Shown here: one piece after another, positions 20,370-31,260 of the stretch
Layout: the number at the start of each line of letters is the position of its first letter
Position numbering within the stretch: position 1 is the first letter of the stretch
DNA from: Reclinomonas americana ATCC 50394
Taxonomy: Eukaryota
Assembly: GCA_048213135.1 (NCBI GenBank)
Contig: PS015010.1
Location: forward strand, 682,001-746,000
DNA: 64,000 bases
Direction of reading: 5' to 3'
Notes under the pieces: model-generated
Told to the model about the DNA's origin: nothing
Seen by the model: the letters and a program-made list of their open reading frames with translations, nothing else
The model's database searches: none
Made by a program: the position numbers and the translations under genes

Positions 20370-23120
20370 ATGGACAATTTTACCTCTACTACAGGCCGTG
20401 CATTAATGACATTAGTGAGCCTGGTTGCATTTTTTACTGTGCCAACTTCCCTGCAGGCACAGGTAATCAAACCTTATTCTTCTATTTATTCCAACAGCGT
20501 TAAAGGTGGTCATACCATGTTTGGTAATACCATCACAGCCATTTACAGCAGCGGCAGTGGCAGCACCGGTACGGTGAATACCACAGCCATGAACGATTTC
20601 GGCAGTTACAGCAATGGCAATACCAGCCAGTATGGTAACGATGGTTCCAACATCCAGTGGGTGGACGTGGATGGTGTGAACAGCGATGTGGCGCTGGTAG
20701 CCTACGGCGGCACCAATGTATGGAAGTACTATTCGCTTAATAACTACTCTTCAGCTCCGGCAAATATTTCCGGTAATAACTGGAAACAGGACGCGTACAG
20801 TGAAGCCACCAACTGGACTTCCGTGAGTGCGCCTTTTGGTTTTGGAGAAAGCGGCACCAATCCGCCAACACAAACCAACAGGCATACGTATTACCTGAGG
20901 CGTGACATCAACATCAGCAATCCTTCGCAATACGCCAGCATCCGTCTTACCGCTAAGTACGACGATGGTTTTGTTATCTATGTGAATGGTACAGAAGTGG
21001 CCCGCGCCAATATGGACGGGGTTGGTGCAACGCCTGCCTACAGCGATGATGCCGATGGCACCCGCGAATACGACGACGGTGATTTCGTGGTGACTATTCC
21101 CGCTTCCTCTTTTGTGAACGGCAACAACCAGATCGCGGTGGAAATTCACCAGGGCAGCAACAGCACCACGGATATCTACTACGATATGAAACTGGACGGT
21201 ATCCCTACCCAAACATTTAATTCTTCTTCCGCCGACCTCGTAATGCCGGCCGGTACCAATACCATCAAGTTCGCCCGCTTATACTGGGGTGGCAGGATCA
21301 ACAGCGGTATGGGTGTGAACAACAATAACGACCTCCGCACGATCAAGATCAGGAAAGGCACTTCCGGTGCGTATACTACTTTTACAACAGCTAGTACGCT
21401 GATCGATAAAACCGTGGTAAGTGGTACAGATTCGGCTTACCAGTCCTATCTTGATGTAACCAGTTTCCTCAGTTCAAACGGTGCGGGAACGTATACCATA
21501 GCCGATATCGTTACCGCCACAGGCAGTGTGACCGGCGGTGGTTATTATGGTGGATGGGGCATTGTGGTAGTGTATGAAAATCTCAGCCTGCCTTACTCCA
21601 GCGTACGTGTTTACGATGGTTTTGTACAGGTATACAATGGTGGTTCTTCTACCAACCAGTCCATCACGCTTACCGGTTTGAACGTTCCTTCCAACCCGCT
21701 GGTGTCATCAGATGCCTACATGACCACCATGGCGTGGGAAGGAGATGCCAACCTGGCCGCTTCTGCGTCTACCCCTGCGGGTGACTATATTAAAGTGAAC
21801 GGTTACACGGTGGGTGAAGGTGTAAGGGCCAATGCGGTTAACCCCGCCACGAATATGTGGAATGGCACCATTTCTAAAAACGGCGCTCATATTACCACGA
21901 AAAGCCCGAACTATAAGAACCAGATGGGTATTGATATAGATGAAGTGGAAGTAGGAGTGAACTATGGTATCCTGGGCAATGCCACCAGTGTTTCGGTTGA
22001 ATTTGGTACCGAAGCAGACCAGTATTTCCCCAGTGTGTTCGCCTTTACCATGAGGACAAAAGACCCAACCGTAGTGCTGGATAAGACCGTTTCAGATGCC
22101 ATTGCACCTTTTGGCGTACTGCAAACAAATGAAACACTGACCTATACTTTGTCTGGTGTGAATAACGGACCTGGTATTGCCTACAAGACCATGATCGTGG
22201 ATACACTCCCCACCAACATTACTTATGTACCGGGCAGCCTGAAAGTGTTGTACGCACCGGGCTTCAGTAATGACCAGTTGCAGACGGACGCCATAGACGG
22301 TGACTTTGCTTTCAAATCCACCAACGGCGGTAAGGAGTATGTTAAATTCTTTATCGGTACCGGTAAAACCAGTACACAGGGCGGGCAAATGCTGGCAGGC
22401 GAAACTTATGCAGTCAGCTTCCAGGCAAAAACACCTTCACAGGTGAACCAGGTGACTACAGTAACCAATACCGCACGCATCATTGCCGAAGGTATTTCCG
22501 GTGAACTGTTCACCGATGATGGTTTTGTTGCCATCGGCCCATCGGGCGCTACCACACCGGTTAAAATGATCTCTTTCAACGGTAAAAAAGAAGGTCTCTC
22601 CGCATTGCTGAAATGGTCTACCGCCAATGAATTCGAAAATCATCATTTCGATATTGAGCGCAGCACTGATGCCGTGAACTTTATCAAAGTAGGTACAGTA
22701 GCCGGCAGCGGCACCGTAACCACCACGCGTAATTACCAGTTCACCGACCCTATCATCGGCATTACCGCTAAAGTGATCTACTACCGGTTACGCATAGTTG
22801 ATATGGATGGTAAAAATACATTCAGCCAGATCGTTGCCGTACGTCTTGATGGCGTAGCAATGGACGCGGTTAACCTGTATCCGAATCCGTTTACCAGCAA
22901 TATTAAACTGCAGCTGCGCAGTGTGAAAGAAGAGGACGTTACTGTTCGCCTCATCACCAGCAGCGGGCAGATAGCTATTAAACGGGCGGTAACCCTGCAA
23001 CCGGGCGATAACCTGGTGGTGATCAAAGACCTGGAAACCCTGGCACCGGGTATGTACGTACTGGAAATGCAGACTTCCGGTGGTACCGTAAGCCAGCAGA
23101 TCATTAAGGTTAAGAACTAG
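20370..23120 (+). CDS. Secreted T9SS type-A CTD protein with DUF3344-like, jelly-roll and DUF11-like domains (probable surface adhesin)
   Basis: Signal peptide ending LQA-Q; TFNSSSADL..ARLYWGG; LTYTLSG.N.G..A....IVDTLP..TYVPGSL; C-terminal LYPNPF...L.PG.YVL...IIK. Confidence 0.82.
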   Translation: MDNFTSTTGRALMTLVSLVAFFTVPTSLQAQVIKPYSSIYSNSVKGGHTMFGNTITAIYSSGSGSTGTVNTTAMNDFGSYSNGNTSQYGNDGSNIQWVDVDGVNSDVALVAYGGTNVWKYYSLNNYSSAPANISGNNWKQDAYSEATNWTSVSAPFGFGESGTNPPTQTNRHTYYLRRDINISNPSQYASIRLTAKYDDGFVIYVNGTEVARANMDGVGATPAYSDDADGTREYDDGDFVVTIPASSFVNGNNQIAVEIHQGSNSTTDIYYDMKLDGIPTQTFNSSSADLVMPAGTNTIKFARLYWGGRINSGMGVNNNNDLRTIKIRKGTSGAYTTFTTASTLIDKTVVSGTDSAYQSYLDVTSFLSSNGAGTYTIADIVTATGSVTGGGYYGGWGIVVVYENLSLPYSSVRVYDGFVQVYNGGSSTNQSITLTGLNVPSNPLVSSDAYMTTMAWEGDANLAASASTPAGDYIKVNGYTVGEGVRANAVNPATNMWNGTISKNGAHITTKSPNYKNQMGIDIDEVEVGVNYGILGNATSVSVEFGTEADQYFPSVFAFTMRTKDPTVVLDKTVSDAIAPFGVLQTNETLTYTLSGVNNGPGIAYKTMIVDTLPTNITYVPGSLKVLYAPGFSNDQLQTDAIDGDFAFKSTNGGKEYVKFFIGTGKTSTQGGQMLAGETYAVSFQAKTPSQVNQVTTVTNTARIIAEGISGELFTDDGFVAIGPSGATTPVKMISFNGKKEGLSALLKWSTANEFENHHFDIERSTDAVNFIKVGTVAGSGTVTTTRNYQFTDPIIGITAKVIYYRLRIVDMDGKNTFSQIVAVRLDGVAMDAVNLYPNPFTSNIKLQLRSVKEEDVTVRLITSSGQIAIKRAVTLQPGDNLVVIKDLETLAPGMYVLEMQTSGGTVSQQIIKVKN

Positions 23121-23145
23121 ACTTTAAAAACCGGGCACCATAAAA

Positions 23146-23182
23146 AATCCCCATGCCAGCGATGGTGTGGGGATTGCTTTTT
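23146..23182 (+). terminator. Probable bidirectional terminator
   Basis: AATCCCCA..TGGGGATT stem, A-run before and T-rich after, between convergent genes. Confidence 0.7.
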
Positions 23183-23307
23183 GATTTGAAGATGAGTGGA
23201 TTTTAAGATTTGCTGATTGTTCCGCGGAAGGGTAGCCCTATTTGCTAATGATCTTTTGACAGAAGATTGAAATTTTCAAATTGTCACATTTTCAAATTGT
23301 CAAATTA
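23181..23307. repeat. Octamer-period palindromic intergenic element (ATTTTCAA family)
   Basis: Left arm GATTTGAAGATGAGTGGATTTTAAGATTTGCTGAT; right arm AATTTTCA-AATTGTCA-CATTTTCA-AATTGTCA-AATT. Confidence 0.7.
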
Positions 23308-23817
23308 ATGAAGGTATCTTTCTTCGAGTACTTTCTTGTGATGGTTAAAATGCCCTAAAGTAATGAACCCCATACTGCCGGTACTGGTGAGGTTATTATT
23401 GGCGGTGCCGGTTGTTTCCAATGCTTCAGGGGTGAAACTGCGGAACAGTTGTTCGGTTGTTTGCCTTACAGCGAAGAATTCATCTGCCATATCCTGCCAC
23501 GGACGGGTATTGGCGTTAGAGTTGTCGGCATAATCATTTTCCTCGAATGACGGCAGGGAGGTTTTGTCGCCACGGGCGAAGCAAAGCGCACGGTAGTTGA
23601 AAATTCTTTCCGCGTCGATCAGGTGCTGCAGCACTTCCTTGATCGTCCATTTTCCCGGGCCGTAACTGTACATGGATTTCTCCTCGCTGATGGAGTCCAG
23701 CAGTGCCTTAGCTTGTGGCAACTGGTTCCTGAAAGCGGTGAACAGTTCTTCTTCGGGTACCTGGTCAATATACTTTTGAAAATAGGCCGGATATTTATCC
23801 GGTGATGGCTTAAGCAT
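23305..23817 (-). CDS. DinB/YfiT family protein
   Basis: YGPGKWTIKEVLQHLIDAERIF..GHFNHH. Confidence 0.88.
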   Translation of the reverse strand: MLKPSPDKYPAYFQKYIDQVPEEELFTAFRNQLPQAKALLDSISEEKSMYSYGPGKWTIKEVLQHLIDAERIFNYRALCFARGDKTSLPSFEENDYADNSNANTRPWQDMADEFFAVRQTTEQLFRSFTPEALETTGTANNNLTSTGSMGFITLGHFNHHKKVLEERYLH

Positions 23818-23873
23818 ATGTAATGATTTTGAAATGATGAGGAGATATCAAATTTACAATAAAGTCATTTAAC

Positions 23874-23910
23874 AAAGAGGCCGCTGAACAGGTATTGATC
23901 AGCGGCCTTT
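23874..23910 (-). terminator. Terminator after the S8 peptidase gene
   Basis: AGGCCGCTGA/TCAGCGGCCT stem. Confidence 0.75.
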
Positions 23911-23938
23911 ATTATTTACAATTGCAGGAGTGTTATGA

Positions 23939-25615
23939 TTATCCTTTGGTTGTTTTTTTCAGCTTAGGTTTAGGTAAGTTTTCTTTCTCCGGTTTTCTTT
24001 CTCCTTTCAGTGTGGAGGCCAGCTTAACCGCTTCATAGGCATTCGCGAGGCCGCCGGTGCGGGAAAGATCTTTGAGGTCAACCATATCGTCTGTTCCTGG
24101 TTTTTTTACTTTTTCACCAGGGCCCTGGGCCGATTTCTCAATCACATATTTCAGCTGCCTGGCGGAAAGGTTGGGGAAATATTCCAGGGTAAGGGCAGCA
24201 ATACCCGCCACCAGCGGGCAGGCCATACTGGTACCGCTGGCTTTACCGTAGGTGTTGCCACCCGGAATGGTAGAGTAGATTTGTACACCGGGAGCGAACA
24301 CGTCCACTTCTTTCTTGCCAAAATTGGAGAAAGACGCTGTGAGCCCGCCATTGGTGGCATCACCGCTGGCGCCAACCGTGATCACGTTGGAAGCACGGCC
24401 TTTACCATCCTGGTAAACCGGGTTGGGGAAGTTGTCTTCTGTATCCACGTCTTTGGCGTCGTTGCCGGCAGCGTGTACCAGCAGTACGTTTTTGCTTTCG
24501 GCGTAACGGAAGGCATCATCCACCCATTTTTTCTCAGGAGAAAAGTCCTTACCAAAAGACATGCTGATGATCTGTGCGCCGTTGTCTACCGCGTAACGGA
24601 TAGCATTGGCAATATCTTTATCATGCTCATCGCCATCAGGCACGGCACGTACCATCATAATGCGAACATTATCGGCAATACCATCTATGCCCATGCCATT
24701 GTCGCGTATACCGGCAATGATACCTGAACAGTGGGTGCCATGGAAAGGGGTAGAAGCCATAATGTCGTTGTTGCCATAGTAGCGGTCATTGACATTGGTC
24801 TCGTCATCGCCAACGATCTCTTTGCGGAAAGGCTGCGGAGCATTGTTCTTCGATTCTTCCTTGCGCAGTTCGCCGTTTACATAATCAGAAAAACCATCAA
24901 CGAATTCTTTATTGGTGGCGTCCACCTGGTTATTGGCTTTCATCAGTCCCAGGAGGGCGTTCTTCGCTTTTTTCACTTCAAAGTCGGAAGGACCGTAGGA
25001 TTCCAGTTCTTTACCGGTGAACACTTCTTTGCCCAGTGCGGCTTTCAGGGTGCTGTCGGCTTTTTTGGTATTGTTGAGCAGGCGTTGCAGGATCACGATA
25101 TCGGCACCGCCGCCATCATCGCCGCCCAATACTTTCTTCTCCGCTTTTTTCCAGGTACGGAAAGATTCGAGTTCTGCGCCTTTGAAATCAGATTCGGATT
25201 TGCCGTCGAATTTCGCTTTAGACGCATGGTATACACGGGCAGCTTCGTAACTGTCTTCTTTCACGTTACGGCCATCTTTACCACCGATGAAATTCCAGCC
25301 ATGCACATCATCAATGTAACCGTTCTTGTCGTCGTCGATGCCATTGCCGGGTATCTCTTTAGGGTTGGTCCACAAAATGGCTTTCAGGTCTTCGTGCAGG
25401 GTATCGATACCACTGTCGATCACGGCTACCACTACAGTCTTACTTTTCAGGTTCTTATTTTTGAGAAAAGCGTAGGCTTTATCTGCACTCACACCGCTGA
25501 AGCCGGTAGTGGCTTTATCCTGCAGGTGCCAGCTTTTGGAAGGGTCGCTCTGCTGAGCCCAGGCTGCTCCACTCATGGCAAGCATCGCCAGTACAATCCC
25601 AGGGATCTTAGTCAT
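23939..25615 (-). CDS. S8 family secreted serine peptidase
   Basis: Catalytic triad motifs VIDSG, HGTHCSG and GTSMA; AAGND; signal peptide. Confidence 0.93.
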   Translation of the reverse strand: MTKIPGIVLAMLAMSGAAWAQQSDPSKSWHLQDKATTGFSGVSADKAYAFLKNKNLKSKTVVVAVIDSGIDTLHEDLKAILWTNPKEIPGNGIDDDKNGYIDDVHGWNFIGGKDGRNVKEDSYEAARVYHASKAKFDGKSESDFKGAELESFRTWKKAEKKVLGGDDGGGADIVILQRLLNNTKKADSTLKAALGKEVFTGKELESYGPSDFEVKKAKNALLGLMKANNQVDATNKEFVDGFSDYVNGELRKEESKNNAPQPFRKEIVGDDETNVNDRYYGNNDIMASTPFHGTHCSGIIAGIRDNGMGIDGIADNVRIMMVRAVPDGDEHDKDIANAIRYAVDNGAQIISMSFGKDFSPEKKWVDDAFRYAESKNVLLVHAAGNDAKDVDTEDNFPNPVYQDGKGRASNVITVGASGDATNGGLTASFSNFGKKEVDVFAPGVQIYSTIPGGNTYGKASGTSMACPLVAGIAALTLEYFPNLSARQLKYVIEKSAQGPGEKVKKPGTDDMVDLKDLSRTGGLANAYEAVKLASTLKGERKPEKENLPKPKLKKTTKG

Positions 25616-25694
25616 ATTAAACTTTTATTTGTTTGAACGAAAATAGAACGGAAGGCTTCAATAGCAATACCGTTCATCCGGTATTTGTAAAATT

Positions 25695-27218
25695 TTAAAG
25701 GTCAAACTTAATACCCTGCGCCAGTGGCAGCTTATTGGTATAGTTGATGGTGTTGGTTTGCCTCCGCATATACACTTTCCAGGCGTCGCTGCCGCTTTCC
25801 CTGCCACCGCCGGTCTCTTTTTCCCCGCCAAAAGCACCCCCTATCTCGGCGCCGCTGGTACCGATATTTACATTGGCTATACCACAGTCACTGCCCCCAT
25901 GTGCCAGGAACTGTTCTGCTTCCCTCAGGTTGGTAGTCATAATGGCCGATGATAAGCCCTGGGGCACACCATTTTGCAGGGCAATGGCTTCATCAAGCGT
26001 CTTGTATTTCATCAGGTACAGGATAGGGGCGAAGGTCTCGTGCTGTACGATCGGGTAGCTGTTCTTCGCTTCGGCAATACAGGGTTTTACATAGCAACCA
26101 CTTTCATAACCTTTGCCTTTCAGTACACCGCCTTCCACGATGAATTTACCGCCTTCCGATTTGCATTGTTCAATAGAATGCAGGTATTGTTCCACAGCGC
26201 CGGTATCAATGAGCGGACCCACATGGTTCTTTTCATTGAGCGGGTCGCCGATCTTTATCTGTTTGTAAGCGTTTACCAGCTTGTCCCTGAATTTGTTGTA
26301 TACTTTTTCGTGGATGATCAGGCGGCGGGTGGTGGTGCAGCGCTGACCGGCAGTGCCTACGGCCCCAAATACGGCGCCGATGAGTGCCATATCCAGGTCG
26401 GCATCGGCAGAAATGATGATGGCATTGTTACCACCCAGCTCCAGCAGGCTCCGGCCCAGGCGCTGACCCACGGCCGCGGCAACGGCCTTACCCATACGGG
26501 TGCTGCCGGTGGCAGATACAAGTGGGATACGGGTATCGTTGCTCAGCCATTCGCCGGTTTCACGGCCGCCGATAATGATATTGCTTACACCTTCAGGTAC
26601 GTTGTTTTTTTTGAAAACCGCCTGTACAATGTGCTGGCAGGCAATGGCGCATAAGGGCGTTTTTTCGCTGGGTTTCCATACGCATACATCTCCGCACACC
26701 CATGCCAGTGCTGCATTCCAGCTCCAAACTGCTACAGGGAAATTGAAAGCAGATATAATGCCGATGATGCCGAGCGGGTGGTATTGTTCGTACATCCGGT
26801 GACCAGGCCTTTCGCTGTGCATAGTCAACCCGTGTAACTGGCGTGACAAACCAACGGCAAAATCGCAGATGTCGATCATTTCCTGCACTTCTCCGTAACC
26901 TTCCTGCAGGCTCTTGCCCATTTCATAACTCACCAGTTTGCCCAGGGCTTCTTTGTTGCGGCGAAGTTCTTCGCCCACCTGCCTTACAATTTCGCCACGC
27001 TTGGGGGCGGGCCAGCTGCGCCATTCGGCGAAAGCCGCTTCCGCTTTGGCGATCACGGCTTCATAACTTTTCTTATCGGCGCCGGTAACGGAAGCGATGA
27101 GCTTACCATCAACGGGAGAGTAGGAGGCGATCTTTTCGCCCTTGCTTTTTAACCAGGTATTGCCTGTGGAAACACCATTGTTCTGCGCTTGTATCTTTAA
27201 TGTTTTGAGGAACTGCAT
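25695..27218 (-). CDS. Aldehyde dehydrogenase, ALDH7 (piperideine-6-carboxylate dehydrogenase-like)
   Basis: AFNFP, WKPSE, LELGGNN, GQRCT, ETFAP, GAEIGGAFGGEKETGGGRESGSD. Confidence 0.92.
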   Translation of the reverse strand: MQFLKTLKIQAQNNGVSTGNTWLKSKGEKIASYSPVDGKLIASVTGADKKSYEAVIAKAEAAFAEWRSWPAPKRGEIVRQVGEELRRNKEALGKLVSYEMGKSLQEGYGEVQEMIDICDFAVGLSRQLHGLTMHSERPGHRMYEQYHPLGIIGIISAFNFPVAVWSWNAALAWVCGDVCVWKPSEKTPLCAIACQHIVQAVFKKNNVPEGVSNIIIGGRETGEWLSNDTRIPLVSATGSTRMGKAVAAAVGQRLGRSLLELGGNNAIIISADADLDMALIGAVFGAVGTAGQRCTTTRRLIIHEKVYNKFRDKLVNAYKQIKIGDPLNEKNHVGPLIDTGAVEQYLHSIEQCKSEGGKFIVEGGVLKGKGYESGCYVKPCIAEAKNSYPIVQHETFAPILYLMKYKTLDEAIALQNGVPQGLSSAIMTTNLREAEQFLAHGGSDCGIANVNIGTSGAEIGGAFGGEKETGGGRESGSDAWKVYMRRQTNTINYTNKLPLAQGIKFDL

Positions 27219-27244
27219 GTTTAATTTTTTTGCAAGTTAACGGA

Positions 27245-29155
27245 TTAATTAAAATTCAGCCTTACACCGCCTGTCGTCCACCTGCCGGGCATGCGGCTGC
27301 CGAGCAGGTCGCTGTAATCCTCATTCCCTATATTGGAAGTGCTGATGTACAAATGCAGGAACCTGCCAAAGCTGTATTGCAGCTTACCATTGACCAGCCA
27401 GTAATCTCGGCTGATATAGGAATTGATGCCTGAAGCCGACTGGCCATTGCGTTCTTTATACAGGGTATTAAGGGCAATGCTGAAACCTTTCCAGGTGTAA
27501 ATGAGGTTGCCCTGTACCAGTGTTTTGGCGTGCGAGACAATATAAAATGATGGTGCCGCGTCACCTGTTGAGGAATGCAGGAAAGTAACGCCGGCATTCA
27601 GGTACAGCTGGTGACGATTGCTGAAGGAGCGCTGCCAGGTCATATCAAATTCCACACCGTTGGTGCTTACTGATTTAATATTACGGGCCAGGGCATAAGT
27701 GGCGCCGGGTACCAGGTTGTCTTTCCTGGGCATATCGGCATAAGGCGTATTTACCCAATCGATCAGTTCATCCTGGTCGCGGATAAAATAAGTGCCGGAA
27801 AATTTGAAACTTTTCAGGAACAGGTCGGCACCGGCTTCATAGCTCCATGATCTTTCGGCGTTGAGATCAGGGTTGCCGATGCTGCCGCTGGATACGAGGA
27901 CTTTTCCATAATTGTTATACCGCTCGGTAAAATCGGCACTGCGGATCGCCCTCCCGATATTCACCCGGAAGTTCAGCGGTTTCCAGCGGTACACCATATT
28001 CAGCTGGGGCAGCAGTTCAGTGCCATAGTTGCCATCCATATCCACACGAAGCGAAGGCTGAATGCGCAGTTGTTTCCAGTTGTATTGCGCACCGGCAAAA
28101 ACAGCGCCCCTGGCGGTTTGGTGATTGCCCCTGTCATTGGAACGGATGCTGCGGTTATCGAACAAAGCCCCGGCCTGCACCTGCCAGTGTGTACCCAGTT
28201 GCTGCTGACGAACATATTGCAGCAATACAAAAGAAGATTTGTTATCGTTGGCAACGGATTTCGGGTTGTAGAGATAATGGTCGCGGGTTTGTTTGTAGGC
28301 TGCCGACACTTCATCACTGCTGCTGGTTCCTTTACGGCGAAGTTGTAACTGGTTCCACCAGCTGGTCACTTTTTCCGTTGCCGTATCGCTTACGAAAGTG
28401 GTATAAAAATTCTGTGCGGCAAACCGCCTGCTGTCAAAGGCCGAACGCAGGGAGAGTTGCCATTGCTGACTGAGCCGTACCGTGGCAGAGGCCGATAAAG
28501 TATTGTTGTAGAAAAATCCTTTGTTGTTGCCTCTCAGCGTTTGACCGTCTGCATTGTTGCTCAGCCATCCAGCGGCAAAATTCACCTGTCTGGCTGTGCG
28601 GTGCACGCCGATCTCAGCATTCCTGTAGCCATATTCCCCGGTTGAAAACCCAGCAGTGGCCGAGGTCTTTTTTTCTTCTTTGTAATGACTGAAGGTTTTG
28701 CTGATGATGTTGATAACACCACCCACGGCTTCCGATCCGTATAATGCAGCGGCAGGGCCTTTTAATATTTCGATGCGTTCTATCTCATAAGGAGCGATGG
28801 GGGTGTAAGAGGCAAAGTGACCGGTAACGGGATCATTGATCTTTACACCGTCAACCAGTACCAGCACCTGCTGGAAAGTGCCACCACGGATCACCACATC
28901 GCTTTGCGAACCCGCTGGCCCGCGTTGCTGCACTTCCACTCCGGGAACATACTTTAATAACTCATCGATGGAAGTGACCGGCAGGCGGTTGAACAGTTTG
29001 CCATCCAGCACCACCATACTGCGGCCGGTGCCTGATAATTGCTGAGCACCACGTGTGGCAGTTACGGTAACAGGGTTGAGGTCAGTCGCCTGTTGCGACC
29101 GTGCCTGCAGGCATAAGAAGATGCTGCAGGAAAGGAACAGTTTTTTCACATGCAA
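27245..29155 (-). CDS. TonB-dependent receptor (small, BtuB-like architecture)
   Basis: VTVTATR, IERIEILKGPAAALYGSEAVGGVINII plug, GNPDLNAE; -7 element TAGCTTTG at 29174-29167. Confidence 0.88.
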   Translation of the reverse strand: MHVKKLFLSCSIFLCLQARSQQATDLNPVTVTATRGAQQLSGTGRSMVVLDGKLFNRLPVTSIDELLKYVPGVEVQQRGPAGSQSDVVIRGGTFQQVLVLVDGVKINDPVTGHFASYTPIAPYEIERIEILKGPAAALYGSEAVGGVINIISKTFSHYKEEKKTSATAGFSTGEYGYRNAEIGVHRTARQVNFAAGWLSNNADGQTLRGNNKGFFYNNTLSASATVRLSQQWQLSLRSAFDSRRFAAQNFYTTFVSDTATEKVTSWWNQLQLRRKGTSSSDEVSAAYKQTRDHYLYNPKSVANDNKSSFVLLQYVRQQQLGTHWQVQAGALFDNRSIRSNDRGNHQTARGAVFAGAQYNWKQLRIQPSLRVDMDGNYGTELLPQLNMVYRWKPLNFRVNIGRAIRSADFTERYNNYGKVLVSSGSIGNPDLNAERSWSYEAGADLFLKSFKFSGTYFIRDQDELIDWVNTPYADMPRKDNLVPGATYALARNIKSVSTNGVEFDMTWQRSFSNRHQLYLNAGVTFLHSSTGDAAPSFYIVSHAKTLVQGNLIYTWKGFSIALNTLYKERNGQSASGINSYISRDYWLVNGKLQYSFGRFLHLYISTSNIGNEDYSDLLGSRMPGRWTTGGVRLNFN

Positions 29156-29215
29156 TAATTTCGGCGCAAAGCTACTTTACAATGAACAATTGTATTCCTG
29201 TGAACTGTCATTTTT

Positions 29216-30031
29216 TTAATACTGCTCCGAGGCATTCGGAAAATCTTTGCTTTTTACATCCGTGATGTACTGTTTGATGGCTTTATCGATCTGCTCGTGC
29301 AGGTTAAGGTATTGCCTGAGGAACCGGGGTTTGAATTCGGTATTGATGCCCAGCATATCATGCATGACCAGCACCTGGCCGTCGCAATCACCGCCGGCGC
29401 CAATGCCAATGGTAGGTATGGTAAGGCTTTCGCTCACTTCTCTGGCCAGTACGGCGGGGATCTTTTCCAGTACAATGGCAAAACAGCCGGCTTCCTGCAG
29501 CAGCAGGGCGTCGCGTTTGAGTTTGGCGGCTTCTTCCTCCTCTTTTGCCCTTACGGTATATGTGCCGAATTTATAGATGCTTTGCGGGGTAAGGCCCAGG
29601 TGGCCCATCACGGGAATGCCCGCGCTTACGATCTTTTTTACAGAGTCCACCACTTCTTCACCGCCTTCAAATTTTACGGAATGACCACCGGTCTCTTTCA
29701 TGATCTTTACGGCGGAGGCCAGCGCAATTTCGGAGTTGGACTGGTAAGAACCAAAGGGCATATCCACTACCACCAGGCAGCGGTCTACGCCGCGTACCAC
29801 GCTTTGCGCATGATAGATCATCTGGTCGAGTGTGATGGGCAACGTAGTCTCATGACCGGCCATCACATTGCTGGCACTGTCGCCTACGAGAATGATGTCG
29901 ATACCCGCTCCATCGAAAAGGCGGGCAAAAGAAAAATCATAGGCCGTGATCATGGAGATTTTTTCCCCGTTGGCCTTCATTTTCTGTAAGGTGTTGGTGG
30001 TAACTTTTTTAACTTCTTTGTTAACTGACAT
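29216..30031 (-). CDS. panB: 3-methyl-2-oxobutanoate hydroxymethyltransferase
   Basis: [42 protein letters not shown]. Confidence 0.96.
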   Translation of the reverse strand: MSVNKEVKKVTTNTLQKMKANGEKISMITAYDFSFARLFDGAGIDIILVGDSASNVMAGHETTLPITLDQMIYHAQSVVRGVDRCLVVVDMPFGSYQSNSEIALASAVKIMKETGGHSVKFEGGEEVVDSVKKIVSAGIPVMGHLGLTPQSIYKFGTYTVRAKEEEEAAKLKRDALLLQEAGCFAIVLEKIPAVLAREVSESLTIPTIGIGAGGDCDGQVLVMHDMLGINTEFKPRFLRQYLNLHEQIDKAIKQYITDVKSKDFPNASEQY

Positions 30032-30171
30032 GACGGCTGTTTTTGTGATAAAATAAGCGAGGGAGTTGGCTCTGCGTTAGAATAAAACAAGTCCGTGCAA
30101 TGGTCGCTGACGTAAAAATAAGCATTGTTTGTGATTTACGCCGATGATTTTGAGAAGAGTAACCTTCCGTA

Positions 30172-31260
30172 TTATTTTTTCTTTGGTATTATTTTTTTCT
30201 TCTCCGGCGGAAAGAAAATTCCCCAGTAATTGGTCAGCCCCAGGTATACGCCTGCACTGGTTTCTATCTTCATCCTGGGTGCCAGCGCCACCACGCGGGA
30301 GTAGAGTTTTTCTTTGCCAAAATCAAAATAAAGATCCTGCACCAGGGTATAATTATACAGGCTGTCGTAATTGATCTCGGCCTGCACCATTTTTACGCTG
30401 ACGACTTCGCCCGACTCGGAATATACCTGTACAGGAATAACCGGCTGCCGCAGTTTATTAATAGAATCCGGGTGGGTGAGGTAACGTTTATCGGGGTAAA
30501 GGGATGAATCAGGATTGTATACCTGCAGTGCCCCGGCCCTTATCCGGCGGTTCATCAGTGCGGTAAGGCTCCAGTCACGCAGGGTGAGCACCCTGTTTTC
30601 CTGGGCACCATCGGGCGGCAATAGCGCCAGGTTATTACATACACGGCCTATGAAACGTGCGGTGGCGGGGATCCTTATCTTATCGGGTTGTGCGTCATTA
30701 AAAGCCACGTTCACCGATTCGGTATAACGGCTGTCCTCTTTCGCTTCGCTGCGCCTCTTGGTATATACAACCGGCGTCAGCCACAGGTTTTGCACGTACA
30801 GCCTGTCGTTCTTATAATACAGCAACTGTTTCACTTTTATAAAACTGATCCTGTTCTTCCCGAAACAGGTATCGCAATGATTTTCCTCGTTGCGGAACAC
30901 CTGTTCACTCGCATCATTCCCTTCATCGAAATAAAACATCCAGTTCATTTTACCGGCATCGTATTCATAAGAACGTTTCAGCTTACTGAAACCGGCGTTC
31001 ACCATCGGTAACCTGTTCACCGCAAAGCCCGCTGCATCTTCGGTATATATTGTTGCAGCACCTTTCCGGAATTTGGACGCGTAAAAACGATTGATGTCAA
31101 AATTAGGATTAGCCACCGTTACATTCAGGTAAGAGCTGTGCAGGGCGGCCCATTTCACGGCCGTGTCGGTCTGTATAAAATTGGCATACTCCATCCTTTG
31201 CTGTGCCTGGCAGGGGAGTGCCGACATCAATACAGCGATAAGCGTCATATTTTTCATCAT
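30172..31260 (-). CDS. GldN/PorN-like periplasmic protein (divergent)
   Basis: Signal peptide; C-terminal VQDLYFDFGKEKLYSRVVALAP..G..LG...WGIFFP resembles the GldN motif. Confidence 0.55.
   Translation of the reverse strand: MMKNMTLIAVLMSALPCQAQQRMEYANFIQTDTAVKWAALHSSYLNVTVANPNFDINRFYASKFRKGAATIYTEDAAGFAVNRLPMVNAGFSKLKRSYEYDAGKMNWMFYFDEGNDASEQVFRNEENHCDTCFGKNRISFIKVKQLLYYKNDRLYVQNLWLTPVVYTKRRSEAKEDSRYTESVNVAFNDAQPDKIRIPATARFIGRVCNNLALLPPDGAQENRVLTLRDWSLTALMNRRIRAGALQVYNPDSSLYPDKRYLTHPDSINKLRQPVIPVQVYSESGEVVSVKMVQAEINYDSLYNYTLVQDLYFDFGKEKLYSRVVALAPRMKIETSAGVYLGLTNYWGIFFPPEKKKIIPKKK

Noticed and set aside
29156-29215. Cobalamin riboswitch before the BtuB-like receptor
   Set aside because: The spacer is only 60 bp and has no B12 box, so the substrate is left unassigned.
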